Shown: piece after piece, positions 1 to 9,202 of the stretch
How positions within the stretch are numbered: the first letter of the stretch is position 1
How the letters are laid out: every line of letters starts with the position of its first letter
NCBI GenBank assembly: GCA_027064525.1
Contig: JAMOPJ010000041.1
Coordinates: 19,690 to 83,689, forward strand
Reading direction: 5' to 3'
Length of the DNA: 64,000 bases
Source: Archaeoglobaceae archaeon
GTDB lineage: Archaea; Halobacteriota; Archaeoglobi; Archaeoglobales; Archaeoglobaceae
Made by a program: the position numbers and the translations under genes
Notes under the pieces: model-generated
What the model saw: the letters and a program-made list of their open reading frames with translations, nothing else
What the model was told of the DNA's origin: nothing
Database searches by the model: none

Positions 1-200
1 TATGCGACAGGGTTTACGACACCGGAAGATACCTTCTCAAAGCTGGAGTAATAGAAGGAGAGGACATGCTTCCTGAAGTTGCGCTCGTTAAAATCATGTG
101 GCTCCTAGGCAACTACGAGTTGGAGGAAGCTAAGAAACTTGTTAGAGAGAATCTGGTGGGAGAAATAACCCCAACGACCAAATATGAAGTATTTGAATAA
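1..200 (+). CDS. 3' end of an unidentified protein-coding gene (partial, continues upstream of the window)
   Basis: Frame 3 is open from the window edge to TAA at 198-200 (...[62 protein letters not shown]). No family recognised. Confidence 0.35.
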   Translation, partial: CDRVYDTGRYLLKAGVIEGEDMLPEVALVKIMWLLGNYELEEAKKLVRENLVGEITPTTKYEVFE

Positions 201-250
201 TTTTTAAAATTAAGGAAAAGATTTATATATTGTTATAGCATATCTAGACT

Positions 251-1021
251 ATGGCTCTGCTAACGCCGTTCTGGATTCTGATAGCTGGACTGATAGCCAT
301 CATAGTCGGTTTCATCGCCGCTGGAATTAGGGTCGTGAAAGAATACGAAAGGGGAGTCATATTTAGATTAGGAAGGCTCGTAGGAGCGAGAGGGCCAGGG
401 TTATTCTTTGTCATTCCTATAATCGAGAGCATGGTCAAGGTAGATCTCAGAACGATAACATATGATGTTCCAACGCAGGAGGTCATTACGAAGGACAACG
501 TCACGGTTAGAGTTAATGCTGTAGTCTACTACAGAGTTGTAGATCCTGAAAAAGCTGTGACTGAGGTCAGGGATTTCATGTATGCAACCGCTCAGATAGC
601 TCAGACGACTTTGAGAAGTGTAATCGGTCAAGCTGAATTGGATGAGCTTCTTTCAGAAAGGGAGAAGCTGAACGCACGACTACAACAGATAATAGATGAA
701 GCAACAAACCCTTGGGGAGTCAAAGTTACAGCGGTGGAGATTAAGGATGTCGAACTGCCAGAGGAGATGAAGAGGATCATGGCTATGCAAGCTGAAGCGG
801 AAAGAGAGAGAAGGGCGAAGATAATAAGGGCTGACGGAGAATATCAAGCTGCGCAGAAGTTGCTTGAAGCCGCCCAGATCTTAGAGCAGAGTAAAGGGGC
901 TATGATGCTTAGAATTCTGCAAACGTTGAACGAAGTTGCTGCAGAGCAAGCGAACACTCTCGTCTTTCCGATCCCGATCGAGATACTCGAATACTTCAAG
1001 CGGAAGAACAGCAGTAACTAA
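251..1021 (+). CDS. SPFH/band-7 (stomatin/prohibitin-like) membrane protein
   Basis: N-terminal TM helix followed by [14 protein letters not shown]...VDLR...TKDN...V.YRV, then a Glu/Ala-rich coiled coil ([13 protein letters not shown]). This is the typical prokaryotic stomatin layout. Confidence 0.85.
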   Translation: MALLTPFWILIAGLIAIIVGFIAAGIRVVKEYERGVIFRLGRLVGARGPGLFFVIPIIESMVKVDLRTITYDVPTQEVITKDNVTVRVNAVVYYRVVDPEKAVTEVRDFMYATAQIAQTTLRSVIGQAELDELLSEREKLNARLQQIIDEATNPWGVKVTAVEIKDVELPEEMKRIMAMQAEAERERRAKIIRADGEYQAAQKLLEAAQILEQSKGAMMLRILQTLNEVAAEQANTLVFPIPIEILEYFKRKNSSN

Positions 1022-1206
1022 TTTTTCAATTTTTTCCTTATTTTCTCCTTCTCAAGCTTGAATCTATATTTATCTAGTTTTTCTTTCTCCTTTCTTTTAT
1101 GGAGCTTAGAGATTACGATTTTTGCGAGAAACTTTCCGAAATATCCGATAAAACCGGCTACGAATATCGCAACTATCCACCTAAACACATAAACTGGATC
1201 GAACAC
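1018..1206 (-). CDS. small hypothetical membrane protein with Lys-rich tail
   Basis: 62-aa ORF with a GTG start, one hydrophobic helix and a [23 protein letters not shown] tail. A TAAAAATA-like box lies about 20-25 nt upstream on the minus strand. No homology recognised. Confidence 0.3.
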   Translation of the reverse strand: MFDPVYVFRWIVAIFVAGFIGYFGKFLAKIVISKLHKRKEKEKLDKYRFKLEKEKIRKKLKN

Positions 1207-1245
1207 AGTTCAATTTTGATAACAGATATTTTTAGTTAGGAGGTT

Positions 1246-1302
1246 GTGACTCCACATTGTGTATGATTCAAATATTTCATCAACAGTGTTGCATCAACAC
1301 CA
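1246..1302 (+). repeat. intergenic repeat element, copy 1
   Basis: GTGACTCCACATTGTGTATGATTCAAATATTTCATCAACAGTGTTGCATCAACACCA, between ftsY and the small ORF. Matches copy 2 at nearly every position apart from two short gaps. Confidence 0.6.
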
Positions 1303-1319
1303 GTTAGGACAGTAGTATA

Positions 1320-2438
1320 TTAAATATCACCAAAAATTCTCTCGATCAACCATTTAGAATCGAACTTAACCAGATCGTCGTAGCCTTGGCCGGTGCCCAA
1401 GAACAGAATCGGTTTTCCAGTCACGTAGCTTATCGATATGGCAGTTCCACCTTTAGGATCCGCATCTATCTTTGTCAGAATTGATCCGTCAATACCTACA
1501 GCCTCGTTAAACATTCTCGCCCTTTCAACTGCATCGTTTCCGGCTATGCTTTCATCTACGAATATCGTCAGATCGGGCTTCGTAACTCTCTTGATCTTGC
1601 TTAGCTGGTCGATCAGATTTTTCTTCGTGTGCATCCTTCCGGCTGTGTCTGCAAGCACTACATCGATTCCTTTGCTTTCAGCATGCTTTATGGCATCGTA
1701 AATGACAGCAGCGGGATCTGCTCCGGGCTTATGCTTAATAACCTTAACACCCAATCTCTGCCCATGCTCCTCCAACTGCTCTATAGCACCAGCCCTAAAC
1801 GTATCTCCAGCGGCAAGCACAACCGAGTAGCCATAATCCATAAGTCTCTTGGCAATTTTAGCTATAGTCGTCGTTTTGCCAGTTCCGTTAACTCCAACAA
1901 ATATGATGTTGAGCGGTCTCTTCTCCTTGAGCTTGGTCTGGATAAACTCGTCGAAATCGAACCTGTTCGCATCTAAAATTTCTTGAATTATGAGCTTGAG
2001 CTCATTTATAACGATATCAGACAGCTTTTCACCGATCTTCTTCTTTCTTCCAACTAATCTTTCCTTGAGCTCAGAAGATATCTCCTCAACAACCTCAAAA
2101 GCCACATCACTCTCAAGCAGAATTATCTCAAGATCCTCTAAAATTTCTTCAACCTTCTTTTCATCGATTAGAACTTCTCTATCGACTATGAGCGTTTTGA
2201 TTTTACTTACAAACCCAATTTTCTTCTTCGGCTTTTCCTCTTTTTCAGCTTTAACCTCTTCAGCTTTAGTTACGTCTGTCTTGACCGTTTCAACGACTTC
2301 TGCTTTAGTTTCCTCTGCAACGGCTTTAGCTGGTTCGACTACTTCCTCTTTAGCTTCTACCTGTCTAACCTCCTCCTCAACCTTTCTATCCAACTTCTTC
2401 TTAAACGCAGAAAGCTTCTCCTTTAAAAACTTGAACAT
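1320..2438 (-). CDS. ftsY: signal recognition particle receptor FtsY
   Basis: Lys/Glu-rich A domain followed by an NG domain with GVNGTGKTTTIAKIA (G1), DTAGR and TKID motifs. Lies downstream of prefoldin alpha, as in the conserved archaeal cluster. Confidence 0.95.
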   Translation of the reverse strand: MFKFLKEKLSAFKKKLDRKVEEEVRQVEAKEEVVEPAKAVAEETKAEVVETVKTDVTKAEEVKAEKEEKPKKKIGFVSKIKTLIVDREVLIDEKKVEEILEDLEIILLESDVAFEVVEEISSELKERLVGRKKKIGEKLSDIVINELKLIIQEILDANRFDFDEFIQTKLKEKRPLNIIFVGVNGTGKTTTIAKIAKRLMDYGYSVVLAAGDTFRAGAIEQLEEHGQRLGVKVIKHKPGADPAAVIYDAIKHAESKGIDVVLADTAGRMHTKKNLIDQLSKIKRVTKPDLTIFVDESIAGNDAVERARMFNEAVGIDGSILTKIDADPKGGTAISISYVTGKPILFLGTGQGYDDLVKFDSKWLIERIFGDI

Positions 2439-2439
2439 A

Positions 2440-2862
2440 TCACTTCTTCTCCTCTTCAGCCTTTAAAGCTTTGGCCAAATCCTCCTGAATTGTCCTCGCC
2501 CTCTCCAAGAGCTGACGTAGCAACTGCTCAAGCTGGGCTATGTTCTTCTGAATTACCTCCCTCTTCTTCTTTAAAAATTCTATAGCTTCCCCCACCTCTT
2601 TCTCAACAACGACACCAGCACCAACATCTACAAGCATCTTCTTTGCAGTTTTAACGTCAACGTATGCAAAAACGCCTCCTCCCAAATTCATCAAAGCCTC
2701 AACGCCGTCGTCGAGGGAATTAAAATACTCCAAACTCTCGATGGTCTTCTCGAGCTGGGCATCGATAAATTCAAGCTCTACGATCTGCCTCTGAATAGCT
2801 TCGCTTTCAACCTGCAACTGCTGCAAAAGATAATACTTTTCCTGAATTTCCCTTTCTTCCAT
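2440..2862 (-). CDS. pfdA: prefoldin alpha subunit
   Basis: About 140 aa with coiled coil - beta hairpin region (GGGVFAYVDV...VDVGAGVVVEK) - coiled coil. Start taken at MEEREIQ (ATG 2862), which avoids overlap with the upstream LX gene. Confidence 0.85.
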   Translation of the reverse strand: MEEREIQEKYYLLQQLQVESEAIQRQIVELEFIDAQLEKTIESLEYFNSLDDGVEALMNLGGGVFAYVDVKTAKKMLVDVGAGVVVEKEVGEAIEFLKKKREVIQKNIAQLEQLLRQLLERARTIQEDLAKALKAEEEKK

Positions 2863-2872
2863 TTTAGCACCC

Positions 2873-3058
2873 CTACTCAACAACCTTAACGTTCTTTATT
2901 TTTATCAGGTGCCTCTTAACTTTATGGTAGCTCCCAAGCAACGAATAGACCTTCTCCAAGGCAAAACGCTCATTGTGTGCCTCAACGACCTTCCTAAACT
3001 TTTGCCACTGGTTCGCATTCTTAAAGACCCCCTCAACCTCAAACTTCATTACAACCAC
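2873..3058 (-). CDS. rplX: 50S ribosomal protein LX (L18Ae/eL20 family)
   Basis: 61 aa: KFEVEGVFKNANQWQKFRKVVEAHNERFALEKVYSLLGSYHKVKRHLIKI. Sits between eIF6 and prefoldin alpha, as in other Euryarchaeota. Confidence 0.75.
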   Translation of the reverse strand: MVVMKFEVEGVFKNANQWQKFRKVVEAHNERFALEKVYSLLGSYHKVKRHLIKIKNVKVVE

Positions 3059-3061
3059 CTC

Positions 3062-3715
3062 CTAAGGGAAGAGAGATTCTTCAATTATACCCAACTCGAA
3101 TCCAGTCGTGTCCTTCCCAGCTATATACCCTTTCGAATTCGCAACCAAGCCCGTTCCAACCATATCACTACCAAAGTTGACTGTTCCTGTTCCAACCTCA
3201 ACACCCATGACCTCCTCGACCTTCTTGATCTCCCACTCGCTCGCGTTCGGATTGAGCAGTCCACCTCTATTCGTCACTACCGCAGACATTCCAACCGTTT
3301 TTATTCCACCTATGGTGCTCTTGGCAGTTTCAACATCCAAGAACTTCTCCACGGCTGAAACAATTGCACTGTCGGCTTCAGGATGAATTATAGCACCCCT
3401 GTCATTTACACAGACTATGTTACCCAAGCATGTCATCGGAGTTTTGACTACGTGAACTTCGAAGAGCCTACTCAGCTTCTCCTTTTCCTTACTTGTTATC
3501 TGATCGCTGACTAATATTCCGTTCGAGTTCGCACAGGCTAAAGCACCTACGAGCTCCGATCCAGCTATCGTTGTAACTACAACATCAACATCAAGCTCTT
3601 CCATTAAATACTGCTTTGCTTTCTCGTCGTTAACCCCTAAGACCGCAAAGTCTTCCGTTGCCCTTATGTATAGTCCGATCAGTGGGACTCCCCTTATAGC
3701 GAGTAATTTCGGCAT
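3062..3715 (-). CDS. eif6: translation initiation factor 6 (aIF6)
   Basis: 217 aa with the pentein-repeat pattern (IGLY..ATEDFAVLG, GSELVGALACANSNGILV, LGNIVCVNDRGAIIHP). Conserved position next to L31e. Confidence 0.9.
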   Translation of the reverse strand: MPKLLAIRGVPLIGLYIRATEDFAVLGVNDEKAKQYLMEELDVDVVVTTIAGSELVGALACANSNGILVSDQITSKEKEKLSRLFEVHVVKTPMTCLGNIVCVNDRGAIIHPEADSAIVSAVEKFLDVETAKSTIGGIKTVGMSAVVTNRGGLLNPNASEWEIKKVEEVMGVEVGTGTVNFGSDMVGTGLVANSKGYIAGKDTTGFELGIIEESLFP

Positions 3716-3716
3716 G

Positions 3717-3992
3717 TTACGCTAACTCAGCCTCAACTACTCCGTCCTCGAACTTCACGGCCCTAATTCTGATCTTCGAAGGTGGCTTTTGAGCCCCTCT
3801 CTCCCAGACCTTCTCGTTTATGCTCGGATCGATTCTAATCTTGTCCGGCTCAACTTTCATGTGTCTGCTGAGGTAGTTCCTTATGAACCTCATCGCCTTC
3901 TTAGCCCTAAGCCATCTCGGGTATCTCTTCATCTTGTGCTTCAATCTAATCGAGTAGACTCTCTCGACGACTATCTTTGCCATCTCAACCAC
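3717..3992 (-). CDS. rpl31e: 50S ribosomal protein L31e
   Basis: 91 aa: [18 protein letters not shown]...[27 protein letters not shown]. Confidence 0.9.
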   Translation of the reverse strand: MVEMAKIVVERVYSIRLKHKMKRYPRWLRAKKAMRFIRNYLSRHMKVEPDKIRIDPSINEKVWERGAQKPPSKIRIRAVKFEDGVVEAELA

Positions 3993-3993
3993 C

Positions 3994-4146
3994 TCAGACC
4001 TTTAGCTTGTTATGCCTCCAGAACCTTCTAGCTGGGCTCGTAACAACCCTTCTCTTCGTCTTAAGTGTAACCCAAAGCGGAGGTCTTCTGTTCGCCTTCA
4101 AGAACTTTGCGAGCCTCTTTTTCACACCAACTGTCTTCTTCCCCAT
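3994..4146 (-). CDS. rpl39e: 50S ribosomal protein L39e
   Basis: Not in the ORF track (50 aa). My translation is [53 protein letters not shown] at 4146, TGA at 3994-3996, placed between L31e and the PDCD5-like gene. Confidence 0.85.
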   Translation of the reverse strand: MGKKTVGVKKRLAKFLKANRRPPLWVTLKTKRRVVTSPARRFWRHNKLKV

Positions 4147-4151
4147 AACCA

Positions 4152-4496
4152 TCACTTCCTAATGATTCTTGGCTCCCTCTTCTTTGCCGAAATCTGCCTC
4201 AAGATAGAAACCAAAACTTCATCCGTAATCTTTTGCTTAATCCTACCAGCCTGAGCCAAAGCTATGAGTTGATTCTCTACAGCTTCAGCTATATCGGGAT
4301 GAGCTAACTTAAGTCTTGCAAGCCTCTCTCTGGCTTCTGGCTCAAGTATGGCCCTTAAAATCTCCCTCTTTTGCAGTTCTATCTGCCTCTGAATTTCCTG
4401 CTGTCTCCTAAGCTCCTCAAGTTCCCTCTGCCTCTGCAACTCTAAGAGCTTCCTCCTTCGAATCTCTTCAAGCTCCCTTTCATCCATGCACATCAC
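4152..4496 (-). CDS. PDCD5/TFAR19-family DNA-binding protein
   Basis: Arg/Glu/Gln-rich N-terminus, then [42 protein letters not shown]. Confidence 0.8.
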   Translation of the reverse strand: MMCMDERELEEIRRRKLLELQRQRELEELRRQQEIQRQIELQKREILRAILEPEARERLARLKLAHPDIAEAVENQLIALAQAGRIKQKITDEVLVSILRQISAKKREPRIIRK

Positions 4497-4522
4497 CCCT
4501 TAATCGTTGTCATTGAGAGTAT

Positions 4523-4972
4523 TTAGTATTTTGCGAGCTCTGGAATCTGCTGGACGAGCTCTTTCTTAATCTCAGCGGCAACCTTATCCAAGAAAGACCT
4601 ACCTTTAGGCGTTACGACCCTACCCTCTTCGGTCTTCTTAACGAAGCCAGCTTTCTCTAACTGCTGAAGAGCTTTTCTAATTATTGAACCGCTACCCTTC
4701 CTGAACTTCGGTGGCTCGACGCCCCTCCTCTTTCTTCCGCCGTAAGCCGTTCTGAGCCTTTCGATTCCAACTGGACCATCGATGTAGACCTTTCTGAAGA
4801 TCGCCGCCACTCTAATCCACCACCAATCAGGTTGCTCTGGTGCCCTCTCCTTGTGAACGCCAGTTTTGACGAACTTGGCCCACTCCGGAGGCTCGAATTC
4901 CTGCATCTCTTTAAGCTTCTCAGCCACTCTATGGATCAGCATATCCGCGGGGACATCATACACCGTCGCCAT
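4523..4972 (-). CDS. rps19e: 30S ribosomal protein S19e
   Basis: [16 protein letters not shown]...[49 protein letters not shown]. Confidence 0.9.
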   Translation of the reverse strand: MATVYDVPADMLIHRVAEKLKEMQEFEPPEWAKFVKTGVHKERAPEQPDWWWIRVAAIFRKVYIDGPVGIERLRTAYGGRKRRGVEPPKFRKGSGSIIRKALQQLEKAGFVKKTEEGRVVTPKGRSFLDKVAAEIKKELVQQIPELAKY

Positions 4973-4973
4973 A

Positions 4974-5225
4974 TCAACACCTCTTAAACGTTAAAACGAA
5001 CCCCCTAAAGTCTACAAGCTTACCGTTAACCTTCTCAGCGATTTCCTTTGCCAATTGTTTTTTATCTTTACCTTCCAACTCACCGATCGTTCTGAAATTC
5101 TTGAGCATTCTAACCTTGACTATTCCACGTTTTTCAAGCACGGTGTTTATCTCGTTTATTAAACCTTCCGTAATCCCCTTCTTTCCGACGTTGATCGTGA
5201 CGATGTTATCCTTCTTCATAGGCAT
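4974..5225 (-). CDS. YhbY/CRM-domain RNA-binding protein
   Basis: [35 protein letters not shown] matches the YhbY (UPF0044) pattern. The ORF extends to a TTG at 5279; the ATG at 5225 or 5219 is more plausible. Confidence 0.7.
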   Translation of the reverse strand: MPMKKDNIVTINVGKKGITEGLINEINTVLEKRGIVKVRMLKNFRTIGELEGKDKKQLAKEIAEKVNGKLVDFRGFVLTFKRC

Positions 5226-5322
5226 TCTTTTAGGCTCTTTGAATTGTTTAAAAATTTTTGCCGTTACCAAGTTACTCAAATATAACTTTTTTATAATTTT
5301 TATAGTTGGATAAAATCTGAAA

Positions 5323-7179
5323 TCAGCTCAAAACCTTTATCGCCTTCTCGGGGCATATCTTGGCACATACACCGCATGATGTGCATAGAGCGGGATCGAT
5401 CCTTGGTTTGCCGTTCTTTATGAATATGGCCGGACATACGAATTCGGTAACGCACTTCATACAGCCGTTGCAGGCTTCGGTGATCTTAAACGGTTTAATC
5501 TTCTTTCCAGATCTTTTAGCCTCCCTAAGCCTTAAAATCGCACACTTTTGTCTTGCAATTACTACCGCAACTCCATCGTGCGCCAACGCTTTCTTAAGAA
5601 CCTCTTCAAGCTTTGAGATGTTGTATGGATTTACGACTTCGACAAATTTGACTCCCACTCCCCTAACAACGTCTTCAATTCTAACGATTTCTCCTTCGTC
5701 ACCACATCCAGTAACTCCAACGCCGGGATGTGGCTGGTGCCCGGTCATTCCGGTGGTTTGATTGTCCAGAACTACGAGCACGAACTTGGCTCTGTTATAC
5801 ACGGCGTTGATCAAAGCCGGGATCCCAGCGTGAAGGAACGTCGAATCACCAATTGTTGCGATTATCGGCTCCTTAACAACCCTGCTCAAGCCGTTCGAAA
5901 CTCCAACGCTCGCACCCATACAGATGCAGATGTCAACTGCTTCAAACGGCTTGTTTATGCCCAACGTGTAGCAACCTATGTCACTCGGCAGGCACGCATT
6001 TCCGATTTCGTTAACGACCTTCCTTATAACGTAGAAAGTCGCAAAGTGAGGACAACCCGGGCAAAGAACCGGTGGGCGTGGGGGTGCAAGCTTCGAGAGT
6101 TCTGCACTTCTCTTCTCGATTTCATCGTAATCCGTGCTGGTATCGATTCCCAAAAGCTTCGCGATTCCCTTTTCAACTATCGCAACGTTAAACTCGTAAT
6201 CCATGGGTAGATGTCTGCTGAGTTTTCCGTAAACTTCCTTTGTGATCGTCTTAACCTGCAACTCAACGAACGGATCCACCTCCTCTACTACCAAAACCTT
6301 ATCGACTTGAGAAACGAAGTCCTCGATAAGTTTCATCGGCAGGGGAAACATCGAAGATAGCTTTAAGATCGGAACATCCAGCTTGAGTCTCTGCACGGCA
6401 TCCTTCGCATAAGCATAGCTTAAGCCACATGCTACGATACCTAATCTTCTATCTTCACCTTCATCGATCCAATTGTGATCCCACTTGCAGAAGAAATCCT
6501 CCAACTTCTCAAGCTTCTTCCAAAGCTCCTTTTTCAGCATCCTCGCATGAGCTGGCAGAACGACATCTGTCTTAGGATTTCTTCTCCATTCCACTTTTTC
6601 AAGCTTCTTTTCTGGAATCCTGCCAAGCCTCACGACCCCTCTTGCATGGCTGAGCCTCGTGTAGGTTCTGAGCATCATCGGCAAGCCGAATCGCTCCGAA
6701 ATGTCGAAAAGCTCGGATGTTATATCCTTAAGCTCCTGAACGCTACATGCTTCAACAACCGGTATCTTCGCTGACATTCCATACCAACGGTTATCCTGCT
6801 CGTTCTGACTGCTGTGCATGGAAGGATCGTCAGCAGAAACCAAAACGAAACCACCTCTCGCACCTATGTAAGCGAAGCTGAACATCGCATCGCTCGCAAC
6901 GTTAACACCAACGTGCTTCATCGCGCACATTCCCCTCTTTCCAGCTAACGATGCTCCAAGCGCAACTTCAAATGCAACCTTCTCGTTCGTTGAATATTCC
7001 ATGTAAAATGTCCTCAAAATCTTGCAGACTTCGGATAGAGTATCGCCAATTTCCGATGAAGGTGTTCCGGGATAGCATGCAAAAACGTCTATTCCTGCTT
7101 CTAAGGCTCCCCTCGCAATAGCTTCGTTGCCCAATAAGAATACAGTCTTACCTTCTTCTTCCAAAACGTCTTTAAGCAT
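5323..7179 (-). CDS. iorA: indolepyruvate:ferredoxin oxidoreductase alpha subunit
   Basis: 618 aa. N-terminal LLGNEAIARGALEAGIDVFACYPGTPSSEI, a TPP-binding GDSTF...NQTTGMTGHQ region, and C-terminal 2x[4Fe-4S] motifs (CNGCMKC...C, CTSCGVCAKICP). Confidence 0.85.
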   Translation of the reverse strand: MLKDVLEEEGKTVFLLGNEAIARGALEAGIDVFACYPGTPSSEIGDTLSEVCKILRTFYMEYSTNEKVAFEVALGASLAGKRGMCAMKHVGVNVASDAMFSFAYIGARGGFVLVSADDPSMHSSQNEQDNRWYGMSAKIPVVEACSVQELKDITSELFDISERFGLPMMLRTYTRLSHARGVVRLGRIPEKKLEKVEWRRNPKTDVVLPAHARMLKKELWKKLEKLEDFFCKWDHNWIDEGEDRRLGIVACGLSYAYAKDAVQRLKLDVPILKLSSMFPLPMKLIEDFVSQVDKVLVVEEVDPFVELQVKTITKEVYGKLSRHLPMDYEFNVAIVEKGIAKLLGIDTSTDYDEIEKRSAELSKLAPPRPPVLCPGCPHFATFYVIRKVVNEIGNACLPSDIGCYTLGINKPFEAVDICICMGASVGVSNGLSRVVKEPIIATIGDSTFLHAGIPALINAVYNRAKFVLVVLDNQTTGMTGHQPHPGVGVTGCGDEGEIVRIEDVVRGVGVKFVEVVNPYNISKLEEVLKKALAHDGVAVVIARQKCAILRLREAKRSGKKIKPFKITEACNGCMKCVTEFVCPAIFIKNGKPRIDPALCTSCGVCAKICPEKAIKVLS

Positions 7180-7258
7180 GCTTCTAATTGAATCAGAGTC
7201 TATTTAAGTTTGTTGATTTACGAAAGTATTATTAGTTTAGCCATAAACAAGCCGAAAA

Positions 7259-8194
7259 ATGAAGCTACTAACGATCGGAGTCGGCAGAAAGGGCTCAGAA
7301 CTTTCAAGTTTACTTGCTAAAAAGGGAGTCAAAGTGAATAGAATTCCGCTTTTCAGATGCTATGCTGTTACGAATAGCTTGGACGATCTCAAATCAATAA
7401 AATTGAGTCAAAAAAATAAATTTTGGTTAATGGCTGGGAACAGCAAGGTGGACGTCAGAAGTATTCTAAATGAGATTCTAAGTAGATACGAAATTCATGA
7501 AGGATCACTTATTATCACATCGCTTGACGATGAATTTGGAGTCATGACAGCGGTGGAATTCGGAAAAAGGTTGATGGATTACTCTGAAGATCCCGTCATC
7601 GGCTTGGGAATAGTTCCTCCTTTCGAAAGGATAAATCCGAGTGAACTCAAGCAGAGGATCAGGAAATTTAAGGATGCTGTCAGAGTTCTGATGCTCACTG
7701 AAGAGAGCAGAATCGATCAAAACCTAATAGAAGCTCTGAACATAATTGCGAGAGTTGGTGAGATCGATTTGAAGAAAAGGGTCGCTGGAGAGGTAGTCAT
7801 AGATACTTCGGATGTCTTCAACGCTCTGATGTGCGAAGGATTTTCCGTCTTTGGCTTTGCAAAGAGAAGTTTACCGATTTCGTGGCTATACAAGGTTCTG
7901 CTGAGAAAAGAGAGCGAACTCGTTGCAGTTCGAACTCAAAGGATGGTTGAGATGATCGAGGAGGCTCTGCAGAATTTAAGCGTTCACGGCGATGTCGAGA
8001 CTGCAAAGAGTGCTTTAATAGTATTTGCCGGAAACCCGAATGAGATAACGATGGACGGAATGTTTTCCTGCATAGAGCGAATAGAAAACCTCAACGAAAG
8101 CATAATAGTTAGATACGGCGATTATCCGATTCCAAGATCACCCCACATCAGCGTAGTTTTGCTCTTAGCGGGAATTACGAGATTTAAGATTTAG
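7259..8194 (+). CDS. FtsZ/tubulin-superfamily protein with degenerate GTP-binding motifs
   Basis: Collinear with FtsZ as I recall it. IGVGRKGSE aligns with IGVGGGGCN (T1). IITSLDDEFGVMTA aligns with FITCGLGGGTGTGSA (T4 signature lost). GEVVIDTSDVFNALMCEGFSVFGFA aligns with GLINVDFADVKAVM..GGLAMIGIG (T7). AKSALIVFAGNPNEITMDG...VLLLAGI aligns with the FtsZ C-terminal domain. Confidence 0.55.
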   Translation: MKLLTIGVGRKGSELSSLLAKKGVKVNRIPLFRCYAVTNSLDDLKSIKLSQKNKFWLMAGNSKVDVRSILNEILSRYEIHEGSLIITSLDDEFGVMTAVEFGKRLMDYSEDPVIGLGIVPPFERINPSELKQRIRKFKDAVRVLMLTEESRIDQNLIEALNIIARVGEIDLKKRVAGEVVIDTSDVFNALMCEGFSVFGFAKRSLPISWLYKVLLRKESELVAVRTQRMVEMIEEALQNLSVHGDVETAKSALIVFAGNPNEITMDGMFSCIERIENLNESIIVRYGDYPIPRSPHISVVLLLAGITRFKI

Positions 8195-8745
8195 GCGAGA
8201 TGTGGAGTTACGAATGCTTCGATGAAGGCCGCTATGAGAAGCATAGGAATTACGGTTCTCATATAGCTGTGTATTGCTCTATCTATGCAACTTCGAATCG
8301 ATATTCTCTCCCCCCTAACCCTTTTCAGGAATATCTTTCCGAGCCAGAGTCCGTAGCTACAGGCTAAGATTATCGCAGGGATTTCGATAATTCCATGGGG
8401 AATTAGCATCATAGCGACCTTCTTCAAACCCATCCTCAAGCCGACAACGTAAACGACGATTCCAATTATGTATCCGTTGATGAACACGAAGAAAACGGGT
8501 GCCAAGCCGAAGAACAAGCCTAAGATCATCGCGATGAAGGCTTTGATCGAATTGTTCAGGAATATTATCGCGAAGATGATTGTTGGAGGTAGCAACTTTA
8601 TAAAGCCGAGCTCCGACGAGAACTGACTTAGAAATCGTTTTGCTTGTTCTGGATTACTCTTCGCAGTCTGATATCCGGCAAAGGTTGCCAATCCGAATAT
8701 GATCAATAGCACGACAAAGTATGCAACGATCTCCTTTTTTTTCAT
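8191..8745 (-). CDS. SpoIIM-family (stage II sporulation protein M-like) membrane protein
   Basis: Multi-TM protein with FLNNSIKAF..MILG and HGIIEIPAIILA motifs typical of the family. Confidence 0.65.
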   Translation of the reverse strand: MKKKEIVAYFVVLLIIFGLATFAGYQTAKSNPEQAKRFLSQFSSELGFIKLLPPTIIFAIIFLNNSIKAFIAMILGLFFGLAPVFFVFINGYIIGIVVYVVGLRMGLKKVAMMLIPHGIIEIPAIILACSYGLWLGKIFLKRVRGERISIRSCIDRAIHSYMRTVIPMLLIAAFIEAFVTPHLA

Positions 8746-8832
8746 GCAGGCTTATCAGTAGGGATAACATATAGATGTTGCGAAAGAAAAATTAATATAG
8801 CATGACATTTTGCGAAGGAAAGAGGTGAAAAA

Positions 8833-9105
8833 ATGGCCGAGAACGCAGTGTTTGTTGGTAGCAAGCCGGTAATGAACTACGTGTTGGCTGTATTGACGCA
8901 GTTCAACAGCGGAGCAAAGGAAGTAGCCATAAAAGCGAGAGGTAAAGCCATAAGCAGAGCCGTAGATGTAGCAGAGATCGTCAGGAAAAGGTTCTTGACG
9001 GATGTAGACGTTAAGGATATAAAGATCTCAACCGAAAAGGTAGAGAGCGAGCAGGGAGAGGCGAACGTTTCGGCAATCGAGATAATACTGGCCAAGAAGG
9101 AGTAA
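8833..9105 (+). CDS. albA: chromatin protein Alba
   Basis: 90 aa: [59 protein letters not shown] Shine-Dalgarno sequence lies upstream. Confidence 0.9.
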   Translation: MAENAVFVGSKPVMNYVLAVLTQFNSGAKEVAIKARGKAISRAVDVAEIVRKRFLTDVDVKDIKISTEKVESEQGEANVSAIEIILAKKE

Positions 9106-9121
9106 TTTTTCAGCTATTTTT
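9106..9121 (+). terminator. T-run putative terminator after albA
   Basis: TTTTT (9106-9110) and TTTTT (9117-9121) directly follow the stop codon. Archaeal termination typically occurs at oligo-T. Confidence 0.4.
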
Positions 9122-9202
9122 ATTCTCATCCTTTATTCTTTACTATTTTATTCTTATCTATCGACCGATTACCTTTAACTGTCCATCCTCCAACTCGAAA
9201 AC

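Noticed and set aside
66-200. 44-aa ORF with ATG and an upstream GGAG that looks like an independent small gene.
   Set aside because: The same frame is open back to the window edge, so it is more simply the 3' end of a larger gene. The stop I first saw at 49-51 is in a different frame.
1990-2466. 158-aa Ser/Thr/Leu-rich ORF on the plus strand.
   Set aside because: It is entirely antisense to the Lys/Glu-rich A domain of ftsY. The low-complexity mirror translation is typical of a shadow ORF.
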